Assembly: GCA_964270895.1 (NCBI GenBank) | Contig: OZ185435.1 | From: Podarcis filfolensis | Lineage: Eukaryota | Reading direction: 5' to 3' (one strand) | Length of the DNA stretch: 64,000 bases | In this document: in pieces, positions 1-12,200 of the stretch | Position numbering within the stretch: position 1 is the first letter of the stretch | Layout of the letters: every line of letters begins with the position of its first letter | The notes under the pieces: generated by a model | The model's input: only the letters and a program-made list of their open reading frames with translations | What the model was told of the DNA's origin: nothing | Databases searched by the model: none | Position numbers and translations under genes: made by a program

Positions 1-1804
1 GCTGCAGACAGTCTCTGTTTGGTGTGAAGAGAGGCAACAGGTCTCCAGCCTAAGAGGGAAGGCATGATTGTCGAGTTTAGGGGAAGACCAGAAGGCAAGA
101 TAATGATAATGATGATGATGATGATGAGGATGATGGGTGTGAGATCAGGCTGTGGAAGCGCAATGCTGTTCGAGAAGTATAAATGAAAGTCCCCATTTAC
201 GATCCATGTGGTGTGGCCTCCCTTTCTGAAAGCCATTATTGATTGCCTCCTCTCCAAACCTTCCTTGGGGACTGATCAGATAACCTTTTTTTCTCTTGTG
301 GGTATAGTGGATGCTCTTCCCACTGGCAGTGCTCTTACTCCTGCTTCCATTAGCTAATTTCTGTTTATATGTATCCATCACTTATTCATGATCCATTGGA
401 TCAATCAGAAGATGCATTTGTTGAAACCTGATTCAAGCCTTATGTGGAGACTGTAGGCCTCCCCCATTGCTGAGACCAGGAGGATAGGTTAGCAATTTTG
501 ATAAAAGTCTTGTAATGTGGCCATCAAACCACAGGGTAGGGACTTGGTTCTCGGCTCTTTGTTGGCACATGCCAACTGTAGTGGTTCAAAAAACTCTTTC
601 TCCCCAAGAGATGCACCATAATGCCCAGGGTGTTGTACTTCTGCTACCAAAGACAGCAGGACAGGGATCTATCTCCTGCTTTAGATAGTGTACCCCCAGG
701 TGAGTCTTTCACTGTACATCTTCTGCATGGGTAGACTCTGTACATGGGTGAACCAGAGTCAAGAGAAGGACCATCATTCACTTGTAAAGCACACAGAAGG
801 TCCCACATTTAATTCTTGGTGTTTCTCGTTAAAAGAATTAAACAGCAGATAATGGGTTCTGCCTGAGCTCTGGAGAGCCTCTGCTAGCCATGTTAGCCAA
901 GACTGCCAAGACTGAGTGACTTCACACTGTATCCTGATTTGTCATCTTATTGTTGTGACTTAACACATCTCCACAAATAAAAAAGTACAGTGCTTACCAT
1001 TGAAATGTGATACAGAAAAGCACGCAGTGAGTAGCCTTTCCCATCACCTCTCAAGTCACAGGCCAGACACCAAATTGAGAGTGGTTGTTTTTTAAAAAAT
1101 GAAAAATCCCAACATTCCCCACCCTTTTCATCTTCTGGTGTTTGAGCTTTTCAAGTACACTGTGCATCAGGGGCATAAGCTGACACATTTTTAGCTCTTG
1201 AGTCAGGATCCCATGAAACTGGAATTTTGCAAGACCCTGAGGTGTCTTCAGGAGAAAGGTTCCTCTGGTACATCTAGTCATGCAGCTCATCTGCAACCAA
1301 GAACAAACATGAGCTAAATCACCATGGAGAGGCATAAAGGAAGCAGGCTCCCTGCATTCATTGCCATAGCTTGCATTGTAGCATCCTGGCTCTCGACCAG
1401 CCCCCCCCCCCCCAGGCTGCCCTTCTGCTGATAACCGCAGTGGCTTTGCAATCAATCCTTCCTCTGTAGGTTTCCCATAAACTAGGCTGGCTCTTCTTGC
1501 CTCATGTTGAAATCTCTTTTGAGGTGGTGCAAAGCTAGACATGATTTGAATGTTGATATTCATCAAGCTGGATATTAAATCTCTTTTGCTAGACTTTTTT
1601 TAAAAGACAAAAATGCTATAAAGATATTCATATGTAGGTCATACTCTCTCCCTATAACATTTCTGTGAAGCCACACAATTTGGTAGTGATGTGGAGTGGA
1701 AAAATGGAGGGGTTGCCTAACCTCTTCACTGATTTGCTGCATCTGTGCTCCAAGCTGCCCTCGTGAGTTGCATTTTCTCCCGCGGGGTTGCAGAACATAT
1801 TGCT

Positions 1805-1964
1805 CAGTGCTTTTTTCCTATTAAAAAAAATGTTTAGGGGTACTTTCATTTTCCTACTCATATTGAAATACTGCCCCTCAATGAGGCCAAACTTAGATTC
1901 ACAAAATGTTTAGGGGTATGCGTACCCTTGCGTTCCGCACCCCCCCCCCAGAAAAAAAGCACTG
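1805..1964. mobile_element. hAT-type MITE, 160 bp
   Basis: TIR CAGTGCTTTTTT/AAAAAAGCACTG; 8-bp TSD atattgct/atattgtt. Confidence 0.8.
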
Positions 1965-2728
1965 ATATTGTTGCATTGTATTATTGCAAAGCTGTTAAAA
2001 CTCATTGAATACCGTTTAGAAGTAAGAATTTGCTTGTTCTGGTTTTGCACACTGGGTTTAAATCAATATTTCCTCCTACTGTAACTCTAGTCATGTCTGA
2101 CCTCTGAGGGAAGAGCAAAAGTCCCATCTCCGATGCGTGACCTGTTTGCAGAGAGGGACATTTGCTGCTTTTATTAGCAGCAAATTAGGAAACACGTTTC
2201 TGAGTGTGTATATTGAGTGGTATCTTTTGGAGGTCAGGGGAAGCCCCCAATTTGGTTTCATCCCCCCCCCCCGCCCCGGTTTGGCCTTGTTTCCCATTTC
2301 TGCTCAATTTCCTCATTTCAAGAAGATGGTAAAATATATACCATTTAAAAGGAGGATCTGGAACAAGTATTTAGAGGAGACCATCTGTGTGAGGACCTTT
2401 TCACAGAGCTCTTCCTTCCTAAACCTGGTCAATTCTCACCTGTCCTTGGCCAAGCAGGGTCCTGTGTTTCCTGTGGGAAGGTGTATTGAACTGGTGGTGC
2501 TCAGCTGCAACCAGCAGCCATTTCTACAATTGTCACAGCACCTTCTCCAGTCACTGTGTGACCGTAAGAATTGTTGCTGACTACCTACACACTGCCAGTT
2601 TATGTTATCTGTTTCTCCACACAAATGTCTGCCTGAGGATCATCAAAGCTGCATGTAGGAAGATGGTGGTGAGGGAAGTATTTTTTAAATATTGCAGTTG
2701 CATCCCACCTCCTGCCAAGGAGGTAATA

Positions 2729-2970
2729 CAGTGGTACCTCGGGTTAAGTACTTAATTCGTTCTGGAGGTCTGTTCTTAACCTGAAACTGTTCTTAACCTG
2801 AAGCACCACTTTAGCTAATGGGGCCTGTTGCTGCCGCCGCGCTGCCAGAGCACAATTTCTGTTCTCATCCTGAAGCAAAGTTCTTAACCTGAGGTACTAT
2901 TTCTGGGTTAGCGGAGTCTGTAACCTGAACCGTATGTAACCTGAAGCGTATGTAACCCGAGGTACCACTG
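2729..2970. mobile_element. Tc1/mariner (pogo/Tigger-like) MITE, family A copy 1, 242 bp
   Basis: TIR CAGTGGTACCTCGGGTTA at both ends, TA flanks, internal TAACCTGAA repeats. Confidence 0.92.
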
Positions 2971-3286
2971 TAATGGCATTTTTAGCCTCACATGAGACCC
3001 TGTGAGGTACATTGGGAGGGAAACAATGTAGGGGCAGTTGTGTAAGAGATGTGATTGGGAGAGAGGAAGGGCTGCATCTGGAGATGCGAGAGGTCTCATT
3101 TAGGTCTCATTTAAAGCCAAATCTGTCAAATCTGTACTTTATGGAATGATACGCAAACTGAAGCACAGCTATCCTTTGAAATTCACACTTATCCAAATGT
3201 TGCTATGCAGTTTCCCAACTGAACAATGTTTACAAAATGCAGGTATGAAGGGAATGTGTATGTGGGTAGGTTCTCCTGTTCATTTA

Positions 3287-3512
3287 CAGTGGTACCTCGG
3301 GTTAAGTACTTAATTCGTTCTGGAGGTCTGTTCTTAACCTGAAACTGTTCTTAACCTGAAGCACCACTTTAGCTAATGGGGCCTGTTGCTGCCGCCGTGC
3401 TGCCGGAGCACAATTTCTGTTCTCATCCTGAAGCAAAGTTCTTAAGCTGAAGCACTATTTCTGGGTTAGCGGAGTCTGTAACCTAAAGCGTATGTAACCT
3501 GAGGTACCACTG
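3287..3512. mobile_element. Tigger-like MITE, family A copy 2, 226 bp
   Basis: Same TIRs and TA TSD; near-identical to copy 1. Confidence 0.92.
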
Positions 3513-4266
3513 TATTAGTTTTCATTGACGGTGTGGGAGCTTGGTGGGCCCTGGGAAGACCTGGTATATGTAGACTGCAGCAATGGGAGAAACTTAAGCC
3601 CTGTTTACTGACTAGGTCTCAGCATTCATGGCATGTGCGGGCCTGTCTGCAGTGTGCCTGCAGGTGTATGCTTGAAGGTACATTGGAGGCATGTGTAATG
3701 GGTGGGGTACAGGGCCTGGCCCTCAAATCCCGCCCCCATTGTGCACACTTCTTGCATTAATTGAACACGGGAGCTACACTTCTGGCCATTACAGTCAGCC
3801 AGTAAAGTCTCACACTCTACATTTTCACAGCTTGCTACAGAAATGTAAACAAAACAAAACAAAACCCCACCAGAAGACACCATGTTCCCTGTGATGATGC
3901 AGTTGGAGCCTGTGTAGGCATGCATGTTTCCTCATTTCTCACCATTTCAGGACTTGGTGCCATCCGATGACAGAATATGTGAACAGACGCCGCTGAAAAG
4001 CTTTGTCCTTAAGGTGACACCTGGGCTATGGACAGTCCCTCTCTGGTGGCTCCTCCACACCAGTCATGGCTAACTGCTGCAGTCATTCAGAGATGCCCAT
4101 GTGGGAACCAGCCCACAGGCTTCATTTATGGAAGGGAGGTTGCTTCCGCTGATGGTTGAGGGCAATTGCAGGAAGCAACATTAGGGGTAGATATGCTCAC
4201 GAGTGCACAGATAAGTATGGTCAGGTGTAGAGCGTATGGTTTGAATCCTGCTATGATTGGTTGCAG

Positions 4267-4365
4267 GGTACACGTGTTTGGCTGCAGGAGCAGGACCGGC
4301 TGCAGCCCTGCACGATTGGCTCTTGTGTTGATGGATCCGTGCTCTTCACTTCAGACTATGGCGAG
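4267..4365 (+). CDS. MYO10L: exon 2 ([16 protein letters not shown]), N-terminal SH3-like
   Basis: ttgcag|GGT..GAG|gtaagt, 99 nt, phase 0-0. Confidence 0.92.
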
Positions 4366-6175
4366 GTAAGTGAAATGGAAACACAGCATTTTCATGAGCC
4401 GCCAGAGGAAACCCTTCCAGGTCATTCCCTTGCACATCTGGACTAAATAAAAGCTGATAGCTCAGGAGACTCTTTCCCCCCTCTCCTGTGGCCATAATAT
4501 ACAGCACCTTTAAGGTTGCCAAGTTACAAAGAAAAAACCTTCTTTGCATTCTTCCCTAGGTGGCTTTGGCAGGTATGGGTTTTCTTAAGGCTTTGTCCTC
4601 CTTTTCTTAAGGCTTGCAAATTGGTTTTTCCTTGAATTACCGCTGCTTGTTGACATTGCCACAAAGCACTTAGATGCTCAGGAGAGGCGTCTGCAAAAGC
4701 CAGACAGACTGAAGGCTTTGGAAGCAGCTGTATGCAAGCAATTCACACCTCTTAGCATTTCTAAAAGTGGCTGCCTCTGAAATTGGTGATAATCCCTGTA
4801 GGGATGCGGGAGTCAGTCCACTTCCACCTCCCTTTCTCCTATAATCTCTTTGGTTTATGTAAGGAACGGAGATTGGCATCTTTCTCAGACCCTCCCATAG
4901 CATATAAGACAAAATGACTTCATGAAGATCAGTTAATTTTTAGTGTTACTTCCAACTACTGGGGCCTGTTAAGAGAGTGGCAGAAGGGTGGGGTTTCTTC
5001 CAAGCCATTAGCTATCAACTTTCCAGGCGCAGAAAATATTTATTCTGATTCCCCTTCTGATATAGGTAACTATAGATATAGATACTTGGTATACACCTAA
5101 AAGTGCAAAGTGTGGAGGTAAGAAGCTCATCTGTACAAAGATGTCTCTGCTTGTAAAACACAATGAGTCACTTCAGTTCACTGTTGGTTGAACTCACCCA
5201 GTGGTGAGTCCAGATGTGTTCACTGAGAGGACTCATTCATCGAATCCTGCTCAATGTGTATAAATCATGTAGGATGGCATTCAGCTTAAGTTTTACTCAA
5301 GAGTAGACTTGTTGAAATGAAAGGACCAAACTTTGTTGTGCCTAGTAATTTCAGTGGCACCAAAACTTGGTTGAATACCACCCATGGTTTTAATTTACTT
5401 CTTATTGTAGAAATAAAAGTTTAAAATAGATGCGAAAGGACAAGGTAAATGCAGAAGAGGGGTTGACCCCTCCCATTTCCTGTTACTTACCTCTCTACAC
5501 CCTTGCACTCCTTTTACTGTTGAGCCCACCCACTTCATAAATAAGCAGGGCAAGAAACCTGCCGGCCATTATTGCATTTTGTTAGCAGAGAGTCAACTGA
5601 TCAACTGCCAGGAGTTACTGCCCCCCACAGAATCCTGCATCTCTACATGCACCATCTTTTCCTTCCCTCCAGGTGTTCTGCTACCCGTGGGCCTCTGTGC
5701 CCAGAGAGAAAGTCCTGCCGATGCATCGGTCGAGTATGGAGGGGGTGGAGGACATGTCCATGCTGGGGGACCTGCACGAGGCGGCCATTTTGCTCAATCT
5801 GCACCAGCGCTACCAGCAGGACCACATCTATGTGAGTGACCAAAGCAAACAGATTCTTTGCTAGCCCACCAACAGGCTGCCAGAGCAGAAGTGGCCTGAA
5901 AAGAAAGCTCAGCTGCACGACTGTCCTTTACCCCATCTCACCCGATTTGGAGACCTCTTAACCATGACTTGGACAGGAGTCTGTGTCTCCTCCTGGTTGT
6001 GCTTTGGCTGAATTAAGTTAGTATTCCTGGGTCACTTTGCACACATTTGGAGCACAGCATAACAAGGGGATTTTATGCTGAGTATAAGGCACAGCTAAGG
6101 CCCTGTCTACAAATGCAGATTTTGTGTTTGTGTGTGTGTAATAGACTATACCATTTCAGATTGCAGGTGGGGAGT

Positions 6176-6219
<44 letters not shown>

Positions 6220-9200
6220 AATATGGGAGTGCTGTTTTTAATGCTTCCCTATAGTAAAAGGAAAAGCCTGTAAGTTTGGAAAAAGACCCACCCAAAATTA
6301 GCACACCAGAGAAAGAGGTTTTACCCTAGCCTGTTCTGTAGGCACTAGTTTTCTATTTGCAAGGGGCATTTTTACAAAAGGGAGAATTCAAAAATGCTAT
6401 CCCATCATCTGCATTCCATAGTGATATACTCTATTTTGCCATTTTGGAAGCTACCTCGTTCTACTGAATGCCTAGTCTAGGCTTGAGTGTCCAAGAGTAG
6501 CTACTGGGTTGCTGCAGATGAGAAATGCAGTAATGTTTGCCATGCCATCAGTGGTTGGTTCTCTTTGCAAGAGGATTCTCAGCAGCTGGCATTGAAGATG
6601 CTCCAGGTGTTTCTTCCTGAAGCAGGTTTCCTAGGTTGAATGACAGACATGTGCACCTGAGGCAGTAAACATCCTCTTTCATCCCGCTTCAGGATTTGTG
6701 TACGGGAGGCAGAGAGATGCAGGGGGCTCTGTGCCATTTATGGTGTTTGCAAGATTACCTGGGACTGCAAGAAGGGCCATGAGGCATGCTCCTCCTTCTT
6801 TCTTACCTGTGTGCAAGCCTGTTCAAATTCTGATATTGAAATGTGGATCTTAGGCTGTGTTGCATAGCAACAGTTACTAAGGCAACAGGACTGTATGCAT
6901 CTTGTATTCCAGTAAATGATCAATTAAGTGACCCGATTTCTGGGAAGCATCTTTTCCATTTTGGGCAGACAAGGAAGTTGCAAAGTCTGTATTGCATAGT
7001 AATGAATCTTTGCTGTCTTGTGATGGACATGCCTTCTCTTTCTGCTCTCTTGACCCAGGTCTATCTCCATCCTGCAACCTCTCAAGTGTTCCCTGTGCAA
7101 GCAGCTCTTTACTGCCCAGACCTTTACAATCAGATCTTACCCTCTTGAACATCCCTTTGACAACTGCCTACCCTAATTTCCTCAGTTTGCTACTTCTTCC
7201 CTCCCTCCCCCATCTCTCTTTTTGCTGTAGGGAAATAGAATAATAATTAGCATTTGCATACCAGTATATGTTTAAATGATCAGAGAGTATTTTGCAGACA
7301 CTGTATTGGGGCCATCCTAGAACTTATATGAGACGCGGCACCATGGCTGCTCCTGCTCTCTGTTTCTCGTAATATCTAAGACAGATAGTATGTGACACGA
7401 TGTCATTGCACTGTACATTTCCCCATCCCTGCCAAGCAGCGATGCAAGGTACAGGCAGTGCACACACACACACACACAGTGCAATGATACCCCCACCATA
7501 CGTGGTTTACGTTGGATTTTTCCAAGGAGGGGAGAGTGTGAAGACACTCAGAAGCAGTAGCTCAGAGTCTCTTGTAAAATCTGGTTTCAGTAATCCAGTG
7601 ACAACCCTGTACATTCAATGTTATTATCCCCATTTTGTAGATGGTGGGCTGAGAGAAGATTTAGGCAGGAGGATGTACGCCTGTGGTTATTTTTTAAAAA
7701 TCCCAGGAGGCGCTTAAAGATTTATTGTGAGAGACAGTAAGTCCTGACACATTTCAGACCCATAGCTCTACCTTGGGGCAAAAGAGATTACAGAAAATTT
7801 AACTGATCTTTTCTTTAAAAAAAAACCAACAGAAACAATAAAAAGAACCTTCATTCTGCTATAATTCATTTTCCCTCAGAGATGGGGCTACTACACTCTG
7901 AAATGCGAAAGACTTACTGGTTGCCAGAGTAAACCAGAGTTTAGCGTGGCAAGTTGCAGTGAGCTTTCAGTATGTGCACTTCCCACCCTCTCCTCTAGCA
8001 TAGCCAGGAGGAGGGAATTGGAAGCTTTAGCTTCTGTTTTCAGTTAGCCACAGTTTTAGTGTGTCACCTAAATCCCACGGTTAACTGTAGTTTGTTGAAA
8101 TAAGCCAGCTTCGTAAACTATGGTCTGAAATTGGGTTTCAAACAAGGCATATTTAAAATTAAGCACACTTTGCTAGGTTCAGATGTCATAGCAAGATGCA
8201 GTTAATTTAATCAAGAATTGAAAGCTTCTTGATGGCCTCTTGTGACTGTGCCAGAGGGGGAAGAGAGGGGTGCACAAGAAGGAAGCTAGCCTTGTTCCCA
8301 CAATGCTAAACTAGATTTTTTGACATCAGAACCAGGCCTGCTCCTGCCGTGCTACCGAAAAACAAGACACCGTATGCCTTTAGTGTTATGTCATGGTTTG
8401 CCTCCCTCAAACAAACCACGAGCCAAGAAGAAACCTTGGTTAGAGTTCGTGGTTTATTTGGAGTGAGGCAAATCACAAGCCTGGATTTGGATGTAACATT
8501 GGCTTAGCTCTGAGCAGCATTGCAGCAGGAGGAGATGAAGTAGATTTTCTCATTGTGCTCCAGCGTGGTTGCTTGTTCAGTGAACCAGGCCAAGTGACTT
8601 AAAGACTACTGAGCAGTCCCCACCACCACCATGAAACATAACCACCAGCTCCCCAGCTTGCTTGCTTTTCTCAAGAAGAGTACATCTCTAGCATCTGGTA
8701 GAACCTGACACATGAGGCAACGTGTACAGGCACTGTACTTGTTTTCTGAGAAACTATCCTGCTTCCCCCTTTCGGTGTTTTTCTTTGCCCACCCCACTCC
8801 CAGAAACATCCCGGCAGACTCCCATTCAGCCAAGCCTGCACAGTAGTTTCCTGCTCCTTCAAAGCATGGCCAAGGAGTAATACAGGGAAAGAAAGGAACG
8901 GGAGAGAGGCCAGCTAAGGATGATTCCCTGCCCAATCCTTACAGAGATGCGGCTTCCCCTCAGCCCAAGGCCATGACTTGTCAAGAAACCCTAAGAATCC
9001 CATAGAGCTTTCCTTGCCACTTGAGCACGATAGTACTGCCCATCTAATGTCCCATCTCCAGTTGTGGTCATCTCTACCTCTGAGGAAGGATTTGGAGGGG
9101 GGCCACTAAATAGGAGGGGGACATTCTTGCTCCACCCTGGGTAGGCTCCAGTGAAACTTCAGGTACATCATTTAGTATCCCTGAAATGTACTTAGCTCCA

Positions 9201-12200
9201 TTTAAAAAAAAACTAATAAAAAAATCTTCATCGCTGAAGGTCCCCTAGGGAGATTCTTCCCAAATAAGAATTCTTCTGACCATTAGAATGCATCCTGCAT
9301 TTTGTTGAATGGGCAGCTTATATAATAGTTTCTTCTTGTTCTCAGTAATGTCCTGTACCCTAAATTAGCATGTCTCCCTCTACATTAATAGCTACCTCCC
9401 TCCAATTATTTTTAGAGAGCTGTAATGTACCCTCTTAGCTTCCCTTTTTTTCTTTTCTTTCTTCAGCTGGGCTGAAGAAGTTCAGTCCTTTTAAACCTTC
9501 TTTCAAAACCTGGCCTCCACTTAAAACCATTGATTTCTGTCCTGAGAATGATGGATCCTTTCCACCCTCAGGTATATAATAGCCTTTGATGTTCCTTATC
9601 CTCTCCAGAAGGATATCAGTGAGCCCAAAGTAGGTCTGAGGGCCAAACTGTGTGATAGGTGGGAGATTTGTGATTGTTGATCTTACAAGATCTGTGCTTG
9701 CGTCTCTTTTTGGAAGGCCTCTGGCTGTCCTGAACACAAACAAAACCATCTGTAATAATATGGCGATTCATGTAGATATTTGCAAGAAGGTGACTGAAAC
9801 AAATCACCCTGTATGGAGCTTATTAGCATTTGAGCACTGTCAGATTTTATGGGTTCAAAGTGCCTGGAGGGAGGTAGAATATTGCCCTCTTGTGGCAAAC
9901 GGTGAGTGGCATGTGTACAAATGTATGGAGTTGGTCCCCAGCAGCTCACTAAAACCACTTGTTTATTTTGCTGTTCTTTCCGCTTTCTCCTCCAGACAAA
10001 CATTGGCTCCATCTTGGTCTCTGTGAATCCCTACAAGCCCATTGCTGGATTGTATGATGCTGATGCCATTGACCTGTACCGCCAGCACTGTCTGGGTGAG
10101 CTGCCACCCCACATCTTTGCCACAGCCAGCGAGTGCTACAGCTGCCTGTGGAGGCGCCATGACAGCCAATGCGTCCTCATCAGGTGAGGGAGGCACTTTG
10201 GATCAGGAGGGCAGATGAATTGAAGCACCCCCCCAGCATATAGTTAAACAATGGAGGATGTAGCAATGGCCGCCATCTTTAAAAGGGATCGAGCAAATTC
10301 ACAGAGGATAAGGCTCTCCGTGTCCTACCTCCATTCTTGAAGGCCGTATGCCTCTGAATACCAGTTGTTGAACCAGGGTGGACAGCTGGCCTGCTGCACC
10401 AGGGCTCTCCTTATCTTTTTATGCTCATTGCAACAAACATCTCCCCAACCATTAGTCGGGATTTTGGGGGGAGTGCTGCACGTTCATTCTGGAGCCATTC
10501 TTTCTGACTTGCCATTGAGGCTGGCATTCCCTTTGGTTGGTGCTGCCCTGAGCAGGTTGTTTTGGCTGTCCATTTAACAGTGGCGAAAGTGGAGCTGGAA
10601 AGACGGAGAGCACCAAGTTGCTGCTGAAGTTCCTATCAGCCATGAGCCAGACCTCACTGGGCGGCCCTGCGTCAGAGAAGAGCACACATGTGGAGGAGGC
10701 CATCATGGAGAGCAGGTACAAGCCCACACAGCACAGGGTTGGCGTGAGTGTGCGGTTTGGAGGTGTCTCCTCTCAGGGGAGCCATGTCACGGACAAGGGG
10801 TAGGCCTGACACTGCAGCTTCCCAACTGCCTGCCTTCTAGTTATGGCCCGCAAACTTCCTTTTTCAGCTAGGGGGCTGTAATGCATAGAGAGTGTCCAGC
10901 AAAAGTCCTTATTCCTTGCAATATTTCTGCACTTGATATAGGGAATCCATCTGCCTGACCTTTTCCAGGTACCCTTCAGAGGTCAGAGGTCTGTGCTGTT
11001 TTGAACCAGGGGAGCAAATACGGGAAATCAATAATGCCTGCCATGCTCATTCCTGGTGGCTGTTTCCATGTCCATTTCCTCAGATGTCCGACATGTTTAA
11101 GTGGGGCTGCTTGGTGCACTAAGAGAAGCGGGGCTGTGCAGCATGTATAAGCTACATTAATTGAAAATGTTCACATATATTTGGTTGATTCTGCTTCTGC
11201 TGGTCAAGGGGGAGGAGCAAGTTGCCGTAAACACAGACTTTGGAGATATCAAGTCTGTCATTGCAGACATGAGGGCTAGAAAAACTTGGAAGGTTGTGTT
11301 TTTTGGCGGGAGTTGTTGTTTTTGTTAAGAGAGAGCTCAGTTCCTCAAAATTTGAAAGGTCTCCACAGTAAACTTATGCCTAGAGTTAAAGAAAGTGCAG
11401 TCTACCCTTATTATACACCCCAAACATCACTACTAATCTTCCTTCCTTCCTTCCTAGCCCAGTACTGGAGGCTTTTGGAAATGCCAAGACAGTCTACAAC
11501 AACAATTCTAGTCGCTTTGGCAAGTTCATCCAGCTGCACTTTTCCCAGCATGGGCATATCCAGGGTGGGAGAGTCACTGACTGTATCCTTCTTTTTGGTG
11601 GTTTTATCCCTGATTACCTTAGCCAAGTGGAGCTGGTGAGTTGGTTGTGTCTCCACGGCTGACTTAGCAGGGTATAATCATGTCAGGCAAGGGGACCTTC
11701 CTCCCCATTTTCTAGCTCACTTCCGATTCTGTGTTGTTGAGTTTTCCTTTGCAAAAGAGGGTAGCTCTCTAACCGTTTAGAATCCAGGAGTGAAACAATC
11801 CTGGCCTATGTAAGTTGGGGACAGAGTTATTTGCAGCCAGATTCCTATGTCGTTGAAAGATTCTTTGCCAGACACTGGGAAGTCTTTCTAGGAGCCATTG
11901 TACCATTGCTTCCTCCTTAACTCATTGCTCAGATTTATTGGAGAAGGTGAGTAAAGTTTATTTTGATTGTGCCCCTCTTCTTTGCCCCTTCACAATGTCC
12001 AGATGATATGGAGATGCTATGATGGCTACTCCTAGGTAGCGTACTGTCTCAACACCCCTAAAAGTTCTGCTCAGTAGAAACTCTGGTGTGTTCGCACTAC
12101 ATTAAGCTATATTCCCTTTTTGTTGTTGTTTCATTTCACTATAAACCTTCACCGTCTCAGAAAGAACCACGAGTTTCCCATAATACATATGCTTCCTCAT

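Noticed and set aside
99-133. Acidic (Asp-rich) coding segment
   Set aside because: A (GAT/AAT)n microsatellite with in-frame stops just upstream and downstream.
1051-1566. 171-aa minus ORF, and 190-aa minus ORF at 31084-31656
   Set aside because: No recognisable homology; both cross homopolymer or low-complexity runs and lack convincing splice context.
9435-9749. 104-aa minus ORF with a faint cNMP-binding-like FGLTDIL motif
   Set aside because: The similarity is too short, and there are no supporting neighbouring exons or other domain motifs.
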